Assembly: GCA_008690995.1 (NCBI GenBank)
Contig: VRMN01000003.1
Span: 310,001 to 374,000 of the forward strand
Source of the DNA: Porphyridium purpureum
Taxonomy: Eukaryota
DNA: 64,000 nucleotides
Reading direction: 5' to 3'
The first letter of the stretch is position 1. Every line of letters begins with the position of its first letter. Positions 9,792-19,229 of this stretch are shown here, in pieces. The notes under the pieces were generated by a model. It had not been told where the DNA came from and did not search any database. It was given only the letters and a program-made list of their open reading frames with translations. A program made the translations under genes and the position numbers.

Positions 9792-12756
9792 GGCTTCTCC
9801 CAAAGACCACTCTTTTCGCGTTTTCGATCCTCGTTTTGGAGCGAGAGAGTAAAGAATGGTTTTTTCTCAGATGAGTGTCTAGCTCGGGAACCTCCGAGCG
9901 CAAGACTCGAGGATGGTTGGCGTACCAGGCGTGCCGGAGTGTACGACGCGGAGTCGCTCGTTCGATTTCCGTGACCGTGGCTGCAAGAGGCGAATTTTCA
10001 CGATGACCAAACTACGGGGTTAGCTATCCATTGCTCCGGGGCAGGGGTAGGGAATGGAAAATTGCACTTCTTCGCAAACCGTGACCCATTTCGCGCATGT
10101 CGACGGCTACCTTGTCTCATCGCCGGGGCGTCAACGAAGTCACTGTGCTTGTGTGTGTGTGCGTGTCTGGGCCTCTCGAGGTGGCGCGGGGAAGGGAAAA
10201 ACAACAAAACAAACAAACGCTGGGAGGTATCAATTCTCCGAGCCACCTGTGTGTATCTCGGCGACTCGGCCGTCGCCTGCACCGGCGGGGTCGGCTGTGA
10301 AGAAAGGCCGACAGACTTCTCCAGGCACTCCTTCACTGTCCGAGTGGACAATTGGGTGGTCGCAAGGTGTGAAATTCGTACAGTTTGGGTGGCGCTCGCC
10401 CACCGAATGGTGCAAGATGCATCGCTTGCATCAAAAGTAACTGCCGCGACGCTCAAAAAGTTGATTCTGAATCCGCGACATGGGCGGGCGACGCCGCGCC
10501 TCGAAAACGCATCGCTCGCCCGTGCTTCTGAGGCGCAGCTGCGCCAGATCAGGTTTCTACCCTGTGCAACAGCGAAAGCCGTCGCTGGTGCAGCGTGTGT
10601 TTGATTGCGTCGCAGACGACAGTGTCGTTGTGTGCAAACACGGCTCAGTGGTCTCGCCGAGCGATGGTCGCAAGTATAAGAATGCGTGAGTGCGTTCTCG
10701 AATTGAGTGGCGCTCGCGGAAGTCCGTTGGCCTCAAGAGCGTCGCGAAAGCACGCAAGGACACAGATGCCAGCGGGAGTTCACAACTGGCGTGTAGAGGA
10801 AGTATGGCGCCTGCGGGTGCCCGGTTTGGATGCCGCTGCGGTCGAGATGCACACAGTGAGGGCCTGGTCAGGCCTCCAGTGGCGAAGGCAGGAAGCGAGC
10901 TGGGAGGCGGCTTGTTCGCCCGCCAGGGCAGCAAAGTGAACGAGTCCGAGTCGTTTGCCCCGGCGATCAACATGTGCGGTTCGTGCCGGCAAGGCCACTC
11001 GCGCGAACGAAGTTCATGGATACACCGAGCGCACAACCTAGATCATGCGCCGCTCAAATCCGTGCCAGCTTCCACAGCACTGACAAGCGAATCTACTCAC
11101 CCCGCGGATGGCGCCAAAGCTGGAGCTCTGGGAGCGCACAAACGCAAGCATCCGGACTGCGCCGATGCGCCTGGTCGTTTCCATGACACGAGCAGCCAGC
11201 AGTGACCAGCATCGGGTCGGAAGGTGCCTTTCCAGGTTTCGTCACAAGCCAACACTGCATGTAGAATGAAGAACTGGCTGAGCGTTCGTTTGACGCGGTG
11301 CGCAAAGCACACCGCTCGATGCAGCTGCAACCGAATAGCAGCGCGGTGTGTCTAGACCCGCCCACTTGGTATCCTGCTGTGACTGTGCCGTCGGGCTTCG
11401 CACGCGGACCCAATGCCAATGCCGCCGGCGGAAACGGCGTCTGTTGTGGCACCGCAGCGCTTCCCTTTCACTTCCGCCGCGTGAGCGCGCTGCCGGGGGT
11501 GGGGGTGGAGGTGGGGGCGGGCGTCATCGCGAAGAAACGCATGCAGGCCGGTGTTGCGCATCGTGGTGTGTGCCTGAGGATGCGACTGTGCGACACGGGG
11601 TCCTGCGTGCAACTTCCCAACCTGAAGTGCCGAGCGTGTTGCCGGTTTCGCGCCAAGCCGGCTGCGGCGCAGCGACAGACGCAGCAGCCGGTGTCCACAG
11701 TCCAGCTGCTGGCGCGCCCGCCGCGCACCCACGCGGAGGATTGCCAGCATCTCATTCGGTTTGTCGTTGGTTAGGACTGCCCTCGTTCTGCGATGCAAAG
11801 AGCGCGAGCCACGCATGCTCCCAAACGCGTCGGCAACCTGAATCGCAAGCACGTGGTTGGATCGTGGATCGTGGATCGTGGGTAGTTGGCTGTGGATCGA
11901 GTGCGGAGGATCAACGAGTTTGGACCTTGGTCTCAAACGCCTCCGCCGGGTATCTACATCAGACTTGCCAAGAGTTGCTATGGAGTACCAGGAAGATGGC
12001 AAGCGAATGCGGGGTATTGTAGACGGAGCACATTCGTGCTCCAAGCCGCCCTGCTTGTCGCGTATGAAGCTCAATTCTTGTGGGCTCAACTCTGTGTGTG
12101 GGTCTGCACCCCCGCGCAAGAATGGACACCTAGTAGCTGCCCCAGAGAAGACTGGAGACGTGCAGTCGCATGTTTAGGACGCAGGTCTGCAGCGTGTCAC
12201 ACAATCACTCGATGGCTTCGACAGTCGTTCTGCCTGCTTGCGCTTGCGCCGACACAGACGAGACGAAAGGTTTGACCAGACTCTCGATGACGGAGAATGG
12301 AACAGATCGGTCAGACGGCTTCTTCGCCCGCCGCACAAGCGAAATCAGCGTGTCCGCCGCCTTTGTGTCCAAGATGAACATGTGCAGCGGTTGCTGGCAA
12401 GGCCGCTCGCGAAGAAGCTGTTGCTTTCTCCTTCTGTAGCGCAATCTAAAGCACGCAACGCTCAGACCCTTGTGCGATCCCCACGGAATGACAGAACAAG
12501 TGCTGTAATCGGCAAGGAGGCCAGATGCTGCTCCGCCGGGCGCACAGTTGCACGCCTATCCGCAATGCGGCTGTGTACACCGTGGCTTCCATCACAAGAG
12601 CCATCCGTAGTGGTCATATTCGGCTGCCAAATGGACCTGACAACCTCTCCGGAGCAGGTAGATTGCGTTCCCGAAGAACAGTGTGAGAAAGAAAATAATG
12701 ATATTCATAAAAGCATAAACGACCAGGTCTTGAATCCTGCGCCTGCACTGGATAAC

Positions 12757-15213
12757 TTAAAAATTCTCCTTCGCGACAAGGACTCTGCACGTGCACATCT
12801 GGACCTTTTTGTCGCGAAGCATTTGGTTCTTCACCTCGAACAAATGCTCGGCTGTCACGCGATGCGCAACGCTCTGCAACTCGCGGGCAACTGCCGGTGC
12901 GCCGCAGTAGAAGACACCGACTGTCGAACCGTGGTTCGGGGAGCCTCTGTGTGCGCGCAGGATCGCAGCGCTCATGATCTTATGCCAGTCAGGACGACCG
13001 GCGATCAGCTCGTGTTGTGGGCCGCAGCGCGAGCGATCAAAGGGATCCATCTTGGCTACGGTCTCGGGCTTATCGCGCGTAGCGTACAACTGCAGCGAAA
13101 ACGAGCGTGGGAGACTTTTGGCCGACTCAGCAAGGTCCTCGGCCGCCCAGCTCATGCCGGTGTATGTTTTGTTCACCCAAATTCCTTGCATGCTGAAGTC
13201 ATGGCCAAGTGGATCCACCGAACGTCTGGACCCCTCGTTGCTTCGACGGGAAACAACCTCGTCAAGTTTCGTATGTCGCACATTTTCAGCCTCAAGGAGC
13301 TCCGGCGGACGCGCTGTCGCGTAATAGATGAAAAAGATACGCACCGTGTGGGCCAACATGTACACCCCGTAGAACGAAAAGTACAGAATGGCCTTCAGTC
13401 GTGTTGGCGAAATGGCGTCTGCGATTGAAGCGGCGAGTGACGCAACAGTCATGGCCACAATTGCAAGTTCCATGACGAAGATAATCGACACAATGTAGCG
13501 CTTACCATACGACGCGCCGGACAGAATCACCTTGGGAACATAGATAAACAGGACGAGCAAAGTCGCAACAATTTCGATCGCCGCCGACGCAACACCCTTT
13601 TCAAAAATCCACACGCACATGACAAGCGTCTCGAGCAGAATGGAGATCAGAAACAGAGAAATATTGACTGTCATGCTTTCAAGAATACTAGCCATGTAAG
13701 CCACGCGACCACGAGCTGTCATGGTCGTACGCTTAACGCGTTCAAAGCCAAGCACGTCTGTGAACGCCATGTCGCCATGATCCAACACGAATTGCTCCTC
13801 CTCGGCGAGGGGCAGCTCGGGTAATTCGGGAGCGTTCCACGTACTTTCTGATCCTGCTGATGACAGCCCGTCCGCATCCTGCAACGATTCATCTCGCATC
13901 AAAATCCTCGTCTCATCTACCATGTGATGCCACACAGATAGCAGTGGCGTCACACCGATACCGGTTCCAATCACGACAATGTGCCTGTACGCAGAGAACT
14001 TTTGGGCAGGCGCACCGAAGCCGCCCCGCAAACTTGCCCCGACAATGCCTGCAGTAGATCCACTTTCCGCGTCGGTCGCCGTCGCGCTATTCGCTAGTTC
14101 CCACAGTGCTCCTGTCCAGCGACCGGCCGCCTTGATAAAGAACGTCGCCTCTCCGCGGTCGTTGGGCGCGGATGCTATCGTGAAGGCGTGCCACTCCCAC
14201 ACAGAGATTTCCTTGATGCGAATGTCAGCATACTGACCCGCAGAGTACCTCCATCCAGGCACCTGCAGAATCAGCTTCGTCACCCTGTCTTCGCCGTCCT
14301 CATGCGCGCTGATGTGGACCACGGTCGCCTCCCGGGCAGCGTGGCGCACGCGCCGCATGATGACGTCAATGATGTACAAAACCAGCGGGCCCGCCAAGAA
14401 GTACACCGTGATTGGGTACCCACGTTGCGTGCCGTGAATGATGAGCAGCGGGATGGCAGACACAATCCCAAACACATGCGACAACCAGAAAATGCGAAAC
14501 CCAATCGTGCTGCGCCGTACCTTCTCCAGCGTCGTCGCGAAAAACAGCAGAAACACAACGAGGAGTAAGATGCCCGTGATGAGCAGCTGCAGCGTCGCAA
14601 AGCCGGCACCAAACGTCCACACGGGGCCTCCGTCGTTGATGACAATCGCTTCCGTGGCATAGTTCACAACCTGCGGGACGGTGTGAATAACACAGCCGGC
14701 AATGACAATTGTCAGTGCGATCAAACGATGGTACTTTGGCATCACCTTGTCCACCGGAAACGCATACTGGATCGGCGTGCTCCGCACCCATGTCCAGAAC
14801 CACTTGCTGCCGGTTACAAATACGACTGCAGCGTTCCACGAGACCAACCGGCCAGCGCCACGTGCAATGGGCAAGGTGTACCGCAGAATCTTACTCTCCG
14901 TGGTCCAATGAGGTGCCGTGAATTCCCACACACCCCACGTTGCCATACAGATATCCAACGCAATCAGCAGCGCGAGCGTGGCCAAGTTGGCACCTTGGTT
15001 GGAGAAGAACGCCTCACTCCTCGTCCAGAACGAACCTACCCTGGGTTCTTTGGCCTTGGTCTCCTTTGCCTTGCCCGTCTTCGCCTGTTCGCTGTTTGGT
15101 TGATATGCGGCATTTTCTCGCTCAGCTGTGCGCGCTGGCACCTCGTGTGCCCCTCGTGGAACGTCCTGTGGCGCAGCCGCGGCCAGTGCGCCTGCGTCGC
15201 CCGCGTCTGCCAT
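12757..15213 (-). CDS. NADPH oxidase (NOX/RBOH-like, no EF-hands, 4-TM insert), copy A, 818 aa
   Basis: Ferric-reductase TM domain with paired His (YH..IH; SH..IHG), FAD motif WHAFTIAS, NADPH motifs GTGIGVTP and GVFYCG, terminal KENF. Confidence 0.93.
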   Translation of the reverse strand: MADAGDAGALAAAAPQDVPRGAHEVPARTAERENAAYQPNSEQAKTGKAKETKAKEPRVGSFWTRSEAFFSNQGANLATLALLIALDICMATWGVWEFTAPHWTTESKILRYTLPIARGAGRLVSWNAAVVFVTGSKWFWTWVRSTPIQYAFPVDKVMPKYHRLIALTIVIAGCVIHTVPQVVNYATEAIVINDGGPVWTFGAGFATLQLLITGILLLVVFLLFFATTLEKVRRSTIGFRIFWLSHVFGIVSAIPLLIIHGTQRGYPITVYFLAGPLVLYIIDVIMRRVRHAAREATVVHISAHEDGEDRVTKLILQVPGWRYSAGQYADIRIKEISVWEWHAFTIASAPNDRGEATFFIKAAGRWTGALWELANSATATDAESGSTAGIVGASLRGGFGAPAQKFSAYRHIVVIGTGIGVTPLLSVWHHMVDETRILMRDESLQDADGLSSAGSESTWNAPELPELPLAEEEQFVLDHGDMAFTDVLGFERVKRTTMTARGRVAYMASILESMTVNISLFLISILLETLVMCVWIFEKGVASAAIEIVATLLVLFIYVPKVILSGASYGKRYIVSIIFVMELAIVAMTVASLAASIADAISPTRLKAILYFSFYGVYMLAHTVRIFFIYYATARPPELLEAENVRHTKLDEVVSRRSNEGSRRSVDPLGHDFSMQGIWVNKTYTGMSWAAEDLAESAKSLPRSFSLQLYATRDKPETVAKMDPFDRSRCGPQHELIAGRPDWHKIMSAAILRAHRGSPNHGSTVGVFYCGAPAVARELQSVAHRVTAEHLFEVKNQMLRDKKVQMCTCRVLVAKENF

Positions 15214-15760
15214 GACTGCGACCTTCCCACTCGGCTACGGCTCGACTCGCCTCGCTACGACGGGATCACGCAAATGCCCGCGCGCGCGTGTGTGTTCTTG
15301 TACCTGCTCTCCACACGGCGTGTGAAGTCGAGCGCAGCCATGCCCGTGGGCGTGTGTCCTGACTCTCGCGTGTTGTCGCGACGAGCTGCCGCAGCCGCGT
15401 TGCAATGCAAGGGCGCGCTCACCCAATGCGATTTTCCAGAGTTTGTACTGAAACTCCCTTGAAAAATGAGGTCAACGTATTCCGGCCATTACAGAACACG
15501 CCGTCAGAAACACACACACACAAAAAAACGCTTGATTTGTGCCACCTCAACAAAAATGGCAGCGCGCCAGCATCAGCGGAAAGATTTGGTACAATGCGCG
15601 GGACAGATGTAGAAATGGTCAAGACTGGACAGGATGCGAATAACTGGCCATCACTTTCGGTGATTCACTGGCGTCAACTTTCAAAAGGTCCATGGTGGCA
15701 GAAACTCATCGCGTCCGATCAGCTCTGTTCCTTCTTCAGCGTTTGCAGTTTGCCCAGCGA

Positions 15761-15985
15761 CTAGACAATGCGCTTGCGCTCGCCCACCGTGAGGCCCGTC
15801 CCCAGCGCCGTGCGCAGGTCGTCCTCCGAGAAGGCTAGCGCAACACGCTCGTGGACGTTCTGCTCAGTGAAGCGCGGCGCGATCTCTCCCAGACCCTCCA
15901 GTCCCATTTCTTCTGCAATGACGTCCAACCGGCCACCTTTGCAGGTCCCGATGCCGCTACCTTCGCTTGCGGAAACGCTCGTCAT
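15761..15985 (-). CDS. Small SAM (sterile alpha motif)-like ORF, 74 aa, possibly a truncated relic; copy 1
   Basis: GLEGLGEIAPRFTEQNVHERVALAFSEDDLRTALGTGLTVGERKRIV resembles the SAM pattern L..LGL.....F....I....L..L...DL...G....G.R.KI. A TATA-like TATAAAT lies ~200 bp upstream on the same strand. Confidence 0.5.
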   Translation of the reverse strand: MTSVSASEGSGIGTCKGGRLDVIAEEMGLEGLGEIAPRFTEQNVHERVALAFSEDDLRTALGTGLTVGERKRIV

Positions 15986-18900
15986 AGCTCCTGCACTGTC
16001 GTAGAATCTTCCCTTGTCCCTTACCGTTGCAATCGATTCACCTGACCGCAAACGCACGCAAGGCTGCCGACTTTGACGTGAGCTGCTTTATTCAGGGCAC
16101 TTGTGCTGGCTTGTTCACGTTCCCGTCTCCGCTGTCGTCATTCTTTCATCAGACCGGAGTCTGCCCCGAAATATGGCAGGCTCGCGCATTTATACGCCCG
16201 CGCTGCGACCCTTCAGCGCGTCAAATTTCTGTGCTCTCGCCAGGTGCAGCTCCATGTTTTTGTGTCCGTTTGTTCACCACTCCGCGGTCAACAACGTGCG
16301 AACTCACATCATCGAATCACAACTTCGTGCAGCTCGGGAGCCTCCGAGCGCAAGACTCGGGGATGGTTGGCGTACCAGGCGTGCCGGGGTGTACGACGCG
16401 GAGTCGCTCGTTTGACTTCCGTGACCGTGGCTGCAAGAGGCGAATTTTCACGATGACCAAACTACGGGGTTACCGATCCATTGCTCCGGGGAGGGGTAGG
16501 GAATGGAAAATTGCGCGTCTGCGCAAACCGTGACCCGGTTCGTTCCTCGTTACGGCTACCTTGTCTCATCGCCGGGGCGTCAACGAAGTCACTGTGCTTG
16601 TGTGTATGTGTGTGTGTGTGTGTGTGTGCGTGCGTGTCTGGGCCTCTCGAGGTGGCGCGGGGAAGGGAAAAACAGACAGAAAAAACAACAAAAATTGTGG
16701 TATCAATTCTCCGAGCCACCTGTGTGTATCTCGGCGACTCGGCCGTCGCCTGCGCCGGCAAGGTCGGCTGTGAAGAAAGGCCGACAGACTCTTCCAGGCA
16801 CTCCTTCACTTTCCGAGTGGACAATTGGGTGGTCGCAAGGAATGACGCTCGTACACTTTGGGTGGCGCTCACCCACCGACTGGTGCAAGATGCATCGCTT
16901 GCATCAAAAGTAACTGCCGCGACACTCAAAAAGTTGATTCTGAATCCGCGACATGGACGGGCGACGCCGCGCCTCGAAAACGCATCGCTCGCCCGTGCTT
17001 CTGAGGCGCAGCTGCGCCAGATCAGGTTTCTACCCTGTGCAACAGCGAAAGCCGTCGCTGGTGCAGCGTGTGTTTGATTGCGTCGCAGACGACAGTGTCG
17101 TTGTGTGCAAACACGGCTCAGGGGTCTCGCCGAGCGATGGTCGCAAGTATAAGAATGCGTGAGTGCGTTCTCGAATTGAGTGGCGCTCGCGGAAGTCCGT
17201 TGGCCTCAAGAGCGTCGCGAAAGCACGCAAGGACACAGATGCCAGCGGGAGTTCACAACTGGCGAGTAGAGGAAGTATGGCGCCTGCGGGTGCCCGGTTT
17301 GGATGCCGCTGCGGTCGAGATGCACACAGTGAGGGCCTGGTCAGGCCTCCAGTGGCGAAGGCAGGAAGCGAGCTGGGAGGCGGCTTGTTCGCCCGCCAGG
17401 GCAGCAAAGTGAACGAGTCCGAGTCGTTTGCCCCGGCGATCAACATGTGCGGTTCGTGCCGGCAAGGCCGCTCGCGCGAACGAAGTTCATGGATACACCG
17501 GGCGCACAACCTAGATCATGCGCCGCTCAAATCCGTGCCAGCTTCCACAGCACTGACAAGCGAATCTACTCACCCCGCGGATGGCGCCAAAGCTGGAGCT
17601 CTGGGAGCGCACAAACGCAAGCATCCGGACTGCGCCGATGCGCCTGGTCGTTTCCATGACACGAGCAGCCAGCAGTGACCAGCATCGGGTCGGAAGGTGC
17701 CTTTCCAGGTTTCGTCACAAGCCAACACTGCATGTAGAATGAAGAACTGGCTGAGCGTTCGTTTGACGCGGTGCGCAAAGCAGACCGCTCGATGCAGCTG
17801 CAACCGAATAGCAGCGCGGTGTGTCTAGACCCGCCCACTTGGTATCCTGCTGTGACTGTGCCGTCGGGCTTCGCACGCGGACCCAATGCCAATGCCGCCG
17901 GCGGAAACGGCGTCTGTTGTGGCACCGCAGCGCTTCCCTTTCACTTCCGCCGCGTGAGCGCGCTGCCGGGGGTGGGGGTGGAGGTGGGGGCGGGCGTCAT
18001 CGCGAAGAAACGCATGCAGGCCGGTGTTGCGCATCGTGGTGTGTGCCTGAGGATGCGACTGTGCGACACGGGGTCCTGCGTGCAACTTCCCAACCTGAAG
18101 TGCCGAGCGTGTTGCCGGTTTCGCGCCAAGCCGGCTGCGGCGCAGCGACAGACGCAGCAGCCGGTGTCCACAGTCCAGCTGCTGGCGCGCCCGCCGCGCA
18201 CCCACGCGGAGGATTGCCAGCATCTCATTCGGTTTGTCGTTGGTTAGGACTGCCCTCGTTCTGCGATGCAAAGAGCGCGAGCCACGCATGCTCCCAAACG
18301 CGTCGGCAACCTGAATCGCAAGCACGTGGTGGGATCGTGGATCGTGGATCGTGGGTAGTTGGCTGTGGATCGAGTGCGGAGGATCAACGAGTTTGGACCT
18401 TGGTCTCAAACGCCTCCGCCGGGTATCTACATCAGACTTGCCAAGAGTTGCTATGGAGTACCTGGAAGATGGCAAGCGAATGCGGGGTATTGTAGACGGA
18501 GCACATTCGTGCTCCAAGCCGCCCTGCTTGTCGCGTATGAAGCTCAATTCTTGTGGGCTCAACTCTGTGTGTGGGTCTGCACCCCCGCGCAAGAATGGAC
18601 ACCTAGTAGCTGCCCCAGAGAAGACTGGAGACGTGCAGTCGCATGTTTAGGACGCAGGTCTGCAGCGTGTCACACAATCACTCGATGGCTTCGACAGTCG
18701 TTCTGCCTGCTTGCGCTTGCGCCGACACAGACGAGACGAAAGGTTTGACCAGACTCTCGATGACGGAGAATGGAACAGATCGGTCAGACGGCTTCTTCGC
18801 CCGCCGCACAAGCGAAATCAGCGTGTCCGCCGCCTTTGTGTCCAAGATGAACATGTGCAGCGGTTGCTGGCAAGGCCGCTCGCGAAGAAGCTGTTGCTTT

Positions 18901-19229
18901 CTCCTTCTGTAGCGCAATCTAAAGCACGCAACGCTCAGACCCTTGTGCGATCCCCACGGAATGACAGAACAAGTGCTGTAATCGGCAAGGAGGCCAGATG
19001 CTGCTCCGCCGGGCGCACAGTTGCACGCCTATCCGCAATGCGGCTGTGTACACCGTGGCTTCCATCACAAGAGCCATCCGTAGTGGTCATATTCGGCTGC
19101 CAAATGGACCTGACAACCTCTCCGGAGCAGGTAGATTGCGTTCCCGAAGAACAGTGTGAGAAAGAAAATAATGATATTCATAAAAGCATAAACGACCAGG
19201 TCTCGAATCCTGCGCCTGCACTGGATAAC

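Noticed and set aside
11495..11521. G-quadruplex-like tract, plus the nearby (GGATCGT)3 and (GT)n repeats in each unit
   Set aside because: Simple low-complexity sequence with no evidence of function.
11298..12119. Overlapping 150-255 aa ORFs in the unit spacer, repeated in every unit
   Set aside because: Arg/Ala/Cys-rich, open on both strands, no recognisable domain; their conservation just reflects recent duplication.
12238..13428. 396-aa plus-strand ORF overlapping the NOX 3' end
   Set aside because: Antisense shadow of the NOX frame; its length varies among units (264-396 aa).
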